The notes under the pieces: generated by a model
What the model saw: the letters and a program-made list of their open reading frames with translations, nothing else
What the model was told of the DNA's origin: nothing
Database searches by the model: none
Assembly (NCBI GenBank): GCA_012295275.1
Contig: CM022670.1
Location: forward strand, 23,250,001-23,314,000
Direction: 5' to 3'
Origin: Chrysomallon squamiferum
Taxonomy: Eukaryota; Animalia; Mollusca
Length of the DNA stretch: 64,000 nucleotides
Position numbers and translations under genes: made by a program
In this document: piece by piece, positions 1 to 12,860 of the stretch
Layout of the letters: each line of letters starts with the position of its first letter
Numbering within the stretch: position 1 is the first letter of the stretch

Positions 1-32
1 CTAGACGTAATAAATTCCCTTGTGCGTGCACT

Positions 33-180
33 CTCTCACAAACACACACACGACAAACTCATACACAAATACACACATACATAAATATATCACAAACTCA
101 CTGACAAATACACAGACACTTACATCACATCACAAACTCACACATACATATACACACACAAATACATACACACACAGACA
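33..180. repeat. degenerate (CA)n/(ACAT)n low-complexity tract
   Basis: Runs of acac/acat variants; explains the T/H-rich ORF 20..301. Confidence 0.85.
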
Positions 181-617
181 TATTGCTCTACAGAGATATT
201 TCTGGGAAATCGTCTGCGATACGCAATACTCAAATGAGGTCGAATTCGATCGGCTGATCTCTGAGCATGCATCTTACTCAGTTACAGTGAGTTTTATATG
301 AACTGTACTGTGTCAGATGATAACTGCTAATGAATTTGTGTGACTTTTTGCAAACATTTCTTTCCAGATCATATAATAGTCATGTATAGAATTTTCACTG
401 TGAATAATAAAACTTGTAAATTTGATTACCGGTATTAACACTTCAAGTAAAACATGTTTATTTATGACTGTTAATTCTGTTCTTATGACATTTTTTTGTT
501 CTAATGCAAATGTATTCAAATACAATATGCGTTATCAAGGCTCTCTGGAAAACAATTAATTCGACACTTATTGGAAGTATAAGTCTGTCGTTTTTAAAGT
601 CTAATGTTTTTAGAGAA

Positions 618-622
<5 letters not shown>

Positions 623-709
<87 letters not shown>
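623..709 (+). repeat. (GA)n microsatellite
   Basis: Uninterrupted AG dinucleotide run. Confidence 0.98.
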
Positions 710-712
<3 letters not shown>

Positions 713-1828
713 GTGAAGAAAATGAAAAAAAAAAAAAAAAGAAACATGGAAAATAAAGAGGGTAAAAGAAACTGGAAACTAATAAAAACAATGAGACTGA
801 AACATTACAAAACAGAAGTAGAAAATCTTTTAACTTTTTTTTATATCGTTTGTATCTTTTGTTTAAATGTTTGTATTTTTTTTTTTTTTTTTTTTTTTAA
901 ATTTGATCAGACATTCGCTGAAAGCAACAATCTAGTCCAAAACATTTTAAAATTGAATTTTCATTACACTCGTAAAACTGCTTTTGGCAAATTGATAACA
1001 ATAATTTTAATTTCAGTTGAAACCATTGCTACGAACAACGAAATAAACTGTAAGGCAAAAATTTTCTTTCATTTTTATTTATTTTTTATTTTTTATTTTT
1101 TGTCTTTTCCTTCCATTTATTTTTTCTCTCGTTCTTGTTGTTTAATCCTTTCGTATTTTTTTTTTTTTTCATCGTTATATTTCCAAGCTGGGAAGAATTT
1201 TACTGGTGTGTGTCATCGACAGAACTGTCTAAATGTGATAATTACAAATGGAAAACATGTTATATCTATTGGCAGCCAAGCTAAGAAAGCGGTCGTACGT
1301 AATGACATTTGATGTTTTTTACGATGTTGCTGAAACTGACTGGGAAAGGAACAACGTTTATTCGCGTGCCACTTTCACTTAAGACGGGTCGGCCATCTTG
1401 TGGAGAAATACCAAGATCGGATCAAAGATGTTCTCAGAGTAATAAACATGTCCTTCCGTACGTCTAATGGATGCAACATGCTACACAGAAGCAGAGTGGA
1501 AAAGAAAAGTACAATCTGTTAATCGATATCCAAAGATGAATTACATTCTGACATAATTTTTGGATGAATGGTGTTTGGTTTGGTATCGAACTCGTACGTT
1601 GGTTTTGAAATGACCGTTTTAAAACAAAGAACAGTATTATTGTTTAAGAAAGTATTATTATTATTTAAATCAGACTGTTATGTAGGGAATGAGCTAAATG
1701 GAGCAAATCGTATAATTTTATTATAAAAGTTTTGTTGTCACTGAGATAGATCTGAAGATTAAAGAATATATTATTTTCTAAATCTTATATTCATGAAAGT
1801 AAGATACTGTGAGCTAGCGATCTATATT

Positions 1829-1927
1829 TATGTGTGTATGTGTCTGAGTATGTGTGTGTATGTGTCTGTGTATGTATGGGCATGTGTCTGTGAATGTATG
1901 TGTATGTGTATATGTGTGTATGTGTAT
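1829..1927. repeat. degenerate (TG)n/(TATG)n tract
   Basis: tgtgtgtatg variants. Confidence 0.85.
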
Positions 1928-3110
1928 AATCTAATTCCGTCACCACCAACATTACCATCAGATGAACCATTAACATCATTATCGACGAAAAAATCTATTT
2001 CTATGTTTATTTAAATATAAGACATTTACAATAGGTCAAGCTGCAGTTATACTTGTACGTTAAGAAAATAATCAACAGGCAGCCTAATGGTTATTACTTC
2101 ATTTAGACTGTAAGGCATTCATCTCAAACTTTGTCTAATTTCAATTAAAAAGAAAATAGTCTCATTACTGCAAACACTTTTCCTTTTGTTTTATTTTTTT
2201 TTTTTTTTTTTTTTTTTTGTTATGTAGGCAATGAGGGCAAAGATTATAATATAGGATCATCACTTCAGAGATTTAGTCTCACCTCTGAACATGAACGCAG
2301 AGAAAAATTTGACACAGAAATTGGCTTTTTTTCACAAAAAAAAAACCAGATCAAAGTATCAGGGTGTCACTTTTATTTGATGATATTTTTTTTCTTCCTT
2401 CCCAGCGTTAAATCAATTCTGTGCCTTGTATCTCTCCAGCGCACCCAGGCACAACTAATTAATTAAACAATTTCACTAAACCCCTCCTTTTCATTACAGA
2501 TTTTAATTAAGTAATCCATATCCTATTATCAAAACGACTACCGGACAATTATACAGGTTATTCCTCTCGATTTCTTTTGTTCGTAATTTCCTCCAGTCAT
2601 AGAGCACCGCAGATAAATGGAAATTAATGTTTCTCTGTATCAGAAGTTGAATTCATTCATCAATGCACAAGGTCCAAATGTGAAAAATAATAGCACAAAA
2701 ATGCAATTTATTTAATATTAAGGAATTTAAATGGCGCATTTAGCCATTTGTCTAAATTATACGGGGCTGTATCGTGTTGTGAATCACCAGGCAAAGCTGG
2801 TGTGCGGAATGGATATGACCACTTGATGAGAAGAAATACAATTATTTAATATTTCTCACAGAGTGAGGAGAACGCTTCCTGGACACGGCAGGCCATTTTG
2901 GATGGTCATAAAAAAAAGCGTTTCTCGGTGGGATGGAGCTTGTAATGGAACCCTGGCGTGTCCTCGTTATTATTTAGTTAGAGTAACTACTCGTGTAAAA
3001 ATATAGTTACAAATTCATAGTTGTGATTGTGGTCAGTGATGTTGCTCGTCTTTTTCACCGACCAGTGAGCGAACAGATGGGTTCTACATTTTAAAAAAAA
3101 ACTTAAACTG

Positions 3111-3995
3111 CTTGCTACATCTTCTACTAATACTGGTACTGCTAAATCTTATACAAATACTTCTACTGCTACATCTTCTACTATACTGGTACCGTTACAT
3201 CTTATACAAATACTTCTACTGTTACATCTTCTACTATACAGCTACCGTTACATCTTCTACTATACTGCTACCGTTACATATTCTACTATACTGCTAGTGT
3301 TACATCTTCTACTAATACTGCTACCGCTGCATCTTCTACTAATACAGCTATCGCTACATTTTCTACTAATACAGCTATCGCTACATTTTCTACTAATACT
3401 GCTACCGCTACATTTTCTACTAATACTGCTACCTCTACATCTTCTACTAATACTGTTACCGCTACATCTTCTACTAATACTGCTACCTCTACATCTTCTA
3501 CTAATACTGCGATCGCTACATTTTCTACTAATACTGCTACCGCTACATTTTCTACTAATACTGCTACCGCTACATATTCTACCGCTGCATCTTTACTTTT
3601 CTACTATACTGCTACCGTTACATCTTTTACTATACAGCTACCGTTACATCTTTTACTATACTGCTACCTTTACATGATCTCTACCGCTGCATCTTTACAT
3701 CTTTTACTAATACTGCTATCGTAACATCTTCTACTAGTACTGCTACCGTTACATCTTCTACTAATACAGCTACCGCTACATCTTCTACTAATACTGCTAC
3801 CGCTACATCTTCTACTATACATCGTCTACTAATACATCTACCTAAACATTTTCTTACATCTACTAATACTGCTACCTCTTACATCTTCTACTATACTGCT
3901 ACCGCTACATATTCTACCTCTACATCGTCTACTAATACAGCTACCTAAACATTTTCTGTTATACTGCTACCGCTACATCTTCTACTAATACTGTT
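3111..3995 (+). repeat. 27-bp minisatellite, array 1 (consensus TACTAATACTGCTACCGCTACATCTTC)
   Basis: Tandem 26-27 bp units read directly; more degenerate than array 2. Confidence 0.97.
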
Positions 3996-4001
3996 ACTAT
4001 C

Positions 4002-4161
4002 GCTGTAACTTCTGCTATTTACTGTCACTGCTGCTGTGGTAGCAACTGATAATAGTAACATAATAAAATCAATTTTTCTCTTTCTTTTTTTCCCCCTAAA
4101 CTTATGTTAATCACATATACGTTGTGTTCAGAGTAATATATAACCAAAACTGGAAATTGCT
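4002..4161 (+). repeat. 160-bp non-repetitive tail of minisatellite cassette, copy 1
   Basis: Near-identical to 5697-5857 (about 4 substitutions and 1 indel by manual alignment). Confidence 0.95.
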
Positions 4162-4166
4162 GGAAT

Positions 4167-5685
4167 GTGCTACCGCTACATCATCTACTAATACTGCTAC
4201 CGCTGCATCTTCTACTAATACTGCTACCGCTGCATCTGTTACTAATACCGTTACCGCTACATCGTCTATAATACTGCTCCCGCTATATCTTCTACTAATA
4301 CTGTCACTATTGCTATAATTTCTACTAATACTGCAACCGCTACAGTTTCTACTAATACCGCTACCGCTACATCTTCTACTAATACTGCTACTGCTACATC
4401 TTCTACTAATACCGCTACCGCTACATCTTCTACTAATACTGCTACTGCTACATCTTCTACTAATACCGCTACCGCTGCATCTTCTACTAATACTGCTACT
4501 GCTACATCTTCTACTAATACTGTTACGCTCCATCTTCTACTAATACTGCTACTGCTACATCTTCTACTAATACCGCTACCGCTACATCTTCTACTAATAC
4601 TGCTACTGCTACATCTTCTACTAATACTGCTACCGCTACATCTTCTACTAATACTGTTACCGCTACATCTTCTACTAATACTGCTACTGCTACATCTTCT
4701 ACTAATACCGCTACCGCTACATCTTCTACTAATACTGCTACTGCTACATCTTCTACTAATACCGCTACCGCTACATCTTCTACTAATACTGCTACCTCTA
4801 CATCTTCTACTAATACTGCTACCGCTACATCTTCTACTATACTGCTACCTAAACATTTTCTGTTATACTGCTACCTCTACAACTACTACTAATACTGTCA
4901 CTATTGCTATAATTTCTACTAATACTGCAACCGCTTCATCTTCTATTATACTGCTAGTTCTACATCTTCTACTAATACTGTTACTGCTACATCTTCTACT
5001 AACTATACAGGTAGTTCTACATCTTCTACTAATACTGCTACCGCTACATCTTCTACTAATACTGTTACCGCTACATCTTCTACTAATACAGTTACCGCTA
5101 CATCTTCTACTAATACTGCTACTGCTACATCTTCTACTAATACTGCTACCTCCATCTTCTACTAATACTGTTACCGCTACATCTTCTACTAATACTGCTA
5201 CCGCTACATCGTTTACTAATACTGCTACCTCTACATCGTCTACTAATACTGCTACCGCTACATCTTCTACTAATACTGCTACCGCTACATCTTCTACTAA
5301 TACCGCTACCGCTACATCTTCTACTATACTGCTACCTCTACATCTTCTACTATACTTCTACCTCTACATCTTCTACTAATACTGTTACCGCTACATCTTC
5401 TACTAATACTGCTACCTCTACATCTTCTACTAATACTGCTACTGCTACATCTTCTACTAATACCGCTACCGCTCTATCTTCTACTAATACTGCTACCGCA
5501 ACATCTTCTACTAATACTGCTACCTCTACATCGTCTACTAATACTGTTACCGCTTGATCTTCTAAAAAAATTCTGCTACCTCTACATCTTCTACTAATAC
5601 TGCTACCGCTACATCTTCTACTAATACTGCTACCTAAACATTTTCTGTTAATACAGTTACCTCTAGATATTCTACTAATACTGTT
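4167..5685 (+). repeat. 27-bp minisatellite, array 2
   Basis: Same unit as array 1, with long homogeneous stretches (e.g. 4340-4830). Confidence 0.97.
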
Positions 5686-5696
5686 TGCAACATATT

Positions 5697-5857
5697 GCTG
5701 TAACTTCTGCTATTTACTGTCACTGCTGCTGTGGTAGCAACTGATAATAGTAATATAATAAAATCAATTTTTCTCTTTCTTTTTTTTCCCCCTAAACTTA
5801 TTTTAATCACATATACGTTGTGTTAAGAGTAATAAATAACCAAAACTGGAAATTGCT
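5697..5857 (+). repeat. 160-bp non-repetitive tail of minisatellite cassette, copy 2
   Basis: gctgtaacttctgctattt...caaaactggaaattgct matches 4002-4161. Confidence 0.95.
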
Positions 5858-7190
5858 TTTTCATTTGTTGCTCACAAAACAACAAATAGTTCGTCTCAAC
5901 AGTCTACCAAACAGTACGAAGACTTAATTAGTTAAAAGGGATCACAGAGTTCGTGGCTTTTCAGTCTAAAAAACATCAACTACATCAACATGAATAAGAT
6001 AATCATCTTCAAGGAAGAATCGTTATTATTTTATAGATTTTTCTTATAGTGTAGGTAGGGCAAGTAAATTTAATGATTGCTGGGAACATTCAAGTATAGG
6101 AAGAAACAAGAGCGTATTTGAAACGCTTATTGAATATACAGCATAACAAGAATACACCAAATAGCATCCAGTATTTGTATTAAAAATAACAATGAAAAAT
6201 GTATTTAGTATTTATAAAGCTGTCACTTTTTTTCATTAAAATTATTTTTAAAAAGCCCATTTATTTATTAAAAATATATATAAAAAATAAATGAAAATAA
6301 ATTATTGATGAAAAATAAAAAACAAAATTAATTTTAAAAATTTATATAAAATATAAAGAAGCTGTTTACTGAATATAAAAAATAAACAGAAAATAAAACT
6401 AATTAAGCCAAGTCATAGTGTGTTGAGAAAATTAAAAAATAAATTATTGATGGTAATGTGTTATTTACTGTTTCTAAGTCTTCTGTCTGTGCTTTTTAAA
6501 AAGAAAGAAAAAATATTAAATTGAAAAAATATTTATGAAAAAATCGAAGGAAAAAGACGAAAATATTTTTAGAATGCGCAAAAGTCCAGTAATCAATATT
6601 TCTTTTTCTTCTTCTTTTTAATAAGAAAAAAAAAATTATAATAAAAAAGATGAAGAATATTTTTTTAATTATCGTTATTAAACATCTACAGCTGAATGTT
6701 AAGCAAATATTTAATAATTGTTTATTTTATATCTAATTTTAAATAAAACATTTAAATTTTATGTGTATATTCTCCATCATTATCATTGTTATAGAAGATC
6801 TCATAAAAAAAATTATAGAAAAATTGTCTCATTTAATTTGATAATATAAAATGTTTTTTATTACTTCTGAGCAAAATATACAAATGTAATTTAGTTAATT
6901 TTACTAGCTAGAAACTTGAATTCTGTTTCAGAATCAGGACAAAAACTGGAAACTAAACAGTAGAGGAATTATATCAGTGTTTTATTGGCATCTGTCTCTT
7001 TTATTACTCTGCACAGAGACTAAAGTTATTAGTCTAATTCACGTAATAATACTACAAGGAATTTCATAACCTGAAATGTTTTAGAAACAGAGATATTCTG
7101 AATATGTGTTTAAACATTATGTAATAGTAAATAAGTTAAGAAAACGCTATAGAACGATTCTAACAAGAATTTAGCTTTCAATCTAGTTAC

Positions 7191-7223
<33 letters not shown>

Positions 7224-7335
7224 TTAATAATAATGTTGATGATGATGACAATGATGATGATAATAATAATAAAAAAGCAACGATGATGATAATAGTAATA
7301 ATATTAATAATAATAAATAACAACAACAACGATAT
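7191..7335. repeat. compound (AAT)n/(GAT)n/(AAC)n microsatellite
   Basis: Trinucleotide runs. Confidence 0.9.
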
Positions 7336-8191
7336 GAAAATTGTAACTAAAAACAACAATCTGAAGAAAAAAACTGACAATCTAAAATATTTTCAAATAA
7401 ATCTTAAAAGACCCACAAACCCATTTTAAAAACATTTCACCTATATCTCGTCTGGCAGTGTATCAAATATAATTTTAAAGATTTCTCATCCTGATACGGT
7501 CAAATGTTTAAATAAATGTTGATAACGGTTTTGATTAATTCCCCGTTTTATCACGTTAAATTAAAAAATATTTACATTTAGCCCTCCAATAGTTACAGTT
7601 ACAACAAACACTTCTGCTGTTATGTGATATCATTAACCGTACATCGCGTACTTCAAGATAACCGTTAAGGTTAACAGTTTCTCAAACTTTGACAAATTGC
7701 AGCAGACGCCAGAGCGATTATAATTTATTTTTAAATAATTATCAAATTAAAATGTTTATTTGTTAATAAATTCCTGAATTATATCAGGTTCACTGCTCTT
7801 GTGAAAGATATCTGCCGAGGTTACAAGAATCAGGTTTGAGAACTGCACTGCATACAACTAGAATCTAGTATGTTTTGACAACTGATGTTTTTTTGTTGCT
7901 TTTTTTTGCTGTAACTAAATGATAAAAATTATTTTTTATTCTTGGATCCGTTCCCACGTTTCAGTTATGATTAATTATTTCATATACTTTTATTTATTTT
8001 AGATATTTTTTAATTTAAAAAAAGAATGTTATTTATGTTTCTTTATTTCAGCAAAAATATGAGGGAAGAAAAACAAAAAATGCATTAAAGTCATTGCTTG
8101 CTGTTTGATATTCTCAATAAATAATAAGTAAAACAAGAAAAAAAATATACATGATAACCTCAGTTCTCACAAGAATGAAAGATAAAACATG

Positions 8192-8222
<31 letters not shown>

Positions 8223-9240
8223 CAAACATTCTTGATACCATTAAAAAAATAATAATAATAATTAAAAACAGAAGTAAAGAATAAATAAGTTAGGCGTTCT
8301 TGGTTGTTTAAATCTCAGTCCATTGTCTTCAGTAGATGTTTATAAACTGTTACTGTAATTACAAAATAATAACATGTACAACCCGGGACATGCAGGCACT
8401 TGGAAAAAAACATCCCTATATATTCACTAATTATTTATAATTTTATTATTCTGGTATCAAATATCGGAACACGATTTTATGCATGGCTTTATGATAATAA
8501 TGTCTTAGCCTTTCATTTTAAGATCCATATTACCATTCAAATAATTTTTTTTATTACATTTGTATTAAGAAATTACGTATTTCATAATAATAAACGACTC
8601 TTCTGACTTACGCAAATACACTTTAAATTCGATAAATGTGTTATTTTGTCAGCATCTAATCTACAAAATTATTTAACTTCTAAAGCAAAGAGCGGAGAGA
8701 AAAACTATAAATCAAATAAAAGTTTACTCGTTCATTGACTTATGACAAACTTCTTTAAATTCGGCAAATAAGGCGTCAACCTGATTTTTGGCTGCCTAAA
8801 TATTGCCCTTTCAGATATTAAATCAAAGCGGAAAAAAAATTCTGAAATTTCTTAAGAAGTTTGGTATACTTGATGTTTCGATCTTGATCTTCGTAGAAGC
8901 AATTTGTTCTCAACTTTTTATTAAGATTTATTACTTTATCGTTGATAAAATAAACAGATCGTAATAATTATTTGATGCCAGAGATCTTTTCTAGCTTATC
9001 AGATCAACCATGTTTTAATTTTTATCGCTGCTTTTATACTCTTATTAAGTGTATTAGCGTTAAATATTTCTTTTTACACTATAAAATCATACTGGCTGGA
9101 GGGGGGGGACGTGGTTTATTCAAATGACCAAAATACGAAGACGCTAAAGAAAAAGAGCCAGAGAAATGAATTATTAAGAATCTTTATAAAAATGCTGAAG
9201 AAATCTACTATATTTCAAGGTCTAGTTTTAAAATTTATGA

Positions 9241-9241
9241 T

Positions 9242-9274
<33 letters not shown>

Positions 9275-9510
9275 AATAATAATAATAATAATAAAAAAAA
9301 GAAGAAGAAGAAGAAGAAGATAACAAATACATGTATCATTATTAAAATGAGGACAATAACAAGAACAGAACAATGATGGAGATAACAATAACAATAATAA
9401 TATTAATTAAAAATAATGATGATTATGATGACGATGAAGATTATAATAACAACAGCATCAACTGTGACAGTATTAATGATAATAATGATGATGATGATGA
9501 TGATGATGAT
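9241..9510. repeat. compound (AAC)n-(AAT)n-(AAG)n-(GAT)n microsatellite region
   Basis: Adjacent trinucleotide runs. Confidence 0.9.
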
Positions 9511-10374
9511 ATCTATTTCCCATCATCATTGTAATCATGGTAATTGTGTTGAACATAATGAGAATGATAATCATATAAACAACTTAGAATTTCAAACAGA
9601 GGAAATGAAAAAAGAAAGATACTACGTCAGTTTAAATTAATGATCTTGAACGAACATTTCACATAAAAACATTAAAGAAAACATTACATTTTCATGATTC
9701 GTTCTTTCTATTCTTATCACAGATGGATGTCAGTGAAGCAGTTCTTATAATATTCCATAAAATGACTTTATAAGAAAACAAAAAAATATAAAAACAGACA
9801 AAATACATTCTAATAGTTAACGTTTTCAAATATGCCCGACCTTTGATTTATTACATCTCTCTCAAATCGACTGATGAAAGAAAAACCGTAAATAATGCAG
9901 AGATATCACAATATTGAGCTATTGAGTTTCATTTTGTGGGGGAAAAGCGTCATTCGACAAACAAAAAAATACAAAAATAAAAATAAAAATAAAAATAAAA
10001 ATAACGACCCAGAACGGAAAGAAGAAGCAGACGCGATATGATGTAACTGAATGAGCTGGATTTCGTTTCATGCATCAATCGACTGAAAACGAAGGATCAT
10101 TATCTGCTATGAATTTCTGTAAAAGTCATCAGTGACGTGAAATTACTGTGTTAACCAGATGATAGAGAGAGAAGAAAGCCGAGTACGCTGATAATACAGC
10201 GATAACAGGTGATGTAACTGATAGTTACCGTTACGGAGAACGCCGTTCTTGTGAGCTTTGTATGGACGATAATTCACGCACTGATGATAACGAATATAAC
10301 TGAAAATTAATAAATATTTGCACGTCAGGACCGGATAATAATACTCTTAGGATTTGGCTAATAAAAAAAGACAG

Positions 10375-10377
<3 letters not shown>

Positions 10378-10455
<78 letters not shown>
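10378..10455 (+). repeat. (GA)n microsatellite
   Basis: Uninterrupted AG run. Confidence 0.98.
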
Positions 10456-10458
<3 letters not shown>

Positions 10459-11910
10459 GTGTGTAATCTATGCTGACTGAAGTAATTTTGTTTTCTGTTT
10501 ATATTCACAATAAAATGACGTTGTTATGGTTGCAACACTAATAGTCGTAGAGTTAGTAGATTATGGTGCTGGTATAATAATAATAATAAAACTGGCAGGT
10601 ACGACTAATAACTGGTACAGTTCTGTAATTGTTTTGTTTTTTACTGTTGCTTCTAGAATTATTTACGAGAAGATGGCACAATATTATACTGATCATTGCA
10701 GCACTTTTATATTACTTGCTTTTAAAAGTTAATTAGATTAATAAAATAATAATAATAATAATAATAATAATTAATAATAATATTATTAATAATAATAATA
10801 ATAAGACGAAGGAGAAGAAACAGAACAAAACATTAAATAAAAAGATTAAAAAAAACAAATAACCGTTAAAGTAAAAACCGTTAAAAATTAATAATAATAA
10901 TACAAATAATAAACAAACAAACAAACAAACAAACAAACAGATAAATAACTATATAAATAAATCAAGTTAATTCGATTTACACGTTACGTATATAAACTGA
11001 ACCCTCCTCACATTTGTTATGTGTTTTACCATAATTATAAATTTTGCTGTATTTTTGAGGATCCTCTCGATTTTAATAATTTCCATTAAATTCTCCATTT
11101 ACACTTGCGAAGAATCTACAACTCTGACATTTGCAAAATGCATTAAAGCTGCTGAAAGACGATGATGTAACATTATGAATATTGCGTTTGCACATGCAAC
11201 GTTGTCGGGTTTTTAAGTGCACATCGGAAACACGGCATAACACGGTTAGCGCTGACGTTTTCGAATCGTTCGCGTCAAATGCACGTGCATGCGGTAAAAA
11301 GACAAAGGCAGTTCGATTGCAGCTCACGAATTTCCAATCTGCAAATCAGAACTTAGTTCATTTTCACGCAATAAAAGTGGGCTAATGTAATTCCGCAAAG
11401 CTGATTATGTCTTTCCAAAAAGGAATGCTTTCAAGACTGCGATCTCAACTGGCATTTTTATGACTCGGGACGACCGAAATAAAATTATTAAAGAACCGAA
11501 GTTCATAAAAATCTTTACAAGCGCTTAAATGTATTGCCTGGTAACAACCTTTATTGGCACCCACTAAATACCTATTTAAATATTGAAAATCAAGATGACA
11601 TTTCGCCACATTAATTTTCCAAGATTAAAAAAAAAAAAAAAAAAAAAATAAAAGTTTCAAAAATTTCTTCCTATTTCATTAGCAGTGATGTTATTATTAT
11701 TATTATTATTTTTTTTTTTACAGTAATCCAGTAAAAATTGACAGATATGAATATTTTTGGAGTAAACTATACATCATCCTAAATCATCTGTGTAAATCAT
11801 CTGTGTGGAATATTAAATGTATTCATTTACAGTGTTATTTAAGATCATATTTCAAAATAATTATATTCACCAAGGTATTTAAAATTATGTACATCTTTGA
11901 AATAAATTTT

Positions 11911-11982
11911 ATTATTATTATTATTATTATTGTTGTTGTTGTTGTTGTTGTTGTTGCTGCTGCTGCTGTTGCTGTTGATGAT
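11911..11982. repeat. compound (ATT)n-(GTT)n-(GCT)n microsatellite
   Basis: In-phase trinucleotide runs. Confidence 0.92.
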
Positions 11983-12090
11983 GTTTTCTGTTGTGGTTGG
12001 CAGAGGTATTCTATTATCCTCTTTCCTCACTTTTCTTCTTCTCCTTTTTAAAAAAAAAAAAATGTTTTGCTGATATTATTGTTTTTGCGT

Positions 12091-12124
<34 letters not shown>

Positions 12125-12319
12125 GAGTTCTATTTTTGAACAGACCTACATCTGTAAAACACGGAATTTCTTAAAACTGGGAGCATCTTTAGAATTCAAA
12201 ACAGCTTCTTCTTCTCTGGAAGCATTCCCGGTGTCAAATACTTGTGTTCTGTGACTGACAGATCAATCAGCATGAAATTAAAATAATAATACAAAAAAAA
12301 AAAAAAAAAAATCTTCTGA

Positions 12320-12860
12320 CTTCAGATTACAGTTAACATATGGCATCGTGACACGTGGCAAGACAGAGCAGTCTGCTTTTTGCCTACGGAAACTGATTTT
12401 GTTTCTAAATCTGCCGATGGTGCAAAGATGATCACGAAAGTGTGGAATTGGCACGTGTATCTTCGCTTGACCACGTCCATCAAGCGAGCTCTCCGGCATC
12501 AGCACCTTCAAATAGCAATGCGTGCTCGCGACACACGAAGCTACCTCTGGGAATCAGTGCTGTCAAAACATGGACTTCTAGATCCCAGTACACGCCTTGC
12601 TAGTCCGATGAGCAGCGGATAAAGCGTCAAGTGTACGAGATAAAGCATCATCTGCGCGCTGGAAACAAGGGGCGGCTCGGCCACACTGTCCGGGGTTAAT
12701 TCTCCGGCCATCTTGACGCGCGACAGATGTTTGATTGATGAATCCCGCTAGGATTTATGCCATTTTGTTCTGCTTTGCATGACGCCGGCGCTCAGAAATT
12801 CCCTTTTACTGAACTGACCGTTGGTTAGCCAAGGGCGTGGATGAAGTTATTATCCGTGTG
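12320..12860. promoter_or_regulatory. CpG-rich island, candidate cis-regulatory module
   Basis: Raised GC/CpG; CACGTG E-boxes at 12352 and 12452; YY1/Pho-type CGGCCATCTTG at 12705-12715; TGATTGAT Pbx-Hox-type octamer near 12732. Function is inferred. Confidence 0.4.

Noticed and set aside
713-1312. Longest ORF (199 aa)
   Set aside because: Built on poly-A and poly-T runs (K and F tracts); no domain or coding-like composition
3111-5857. Minisatellite as a CRISPR-like array or genuine gene (ORFs 3297..3677, 4111..4533)
   Set aside because: Units are head-to-tail with no unique spacers, no cas genes, eukaryotic context; reading frames are repeatedly broken
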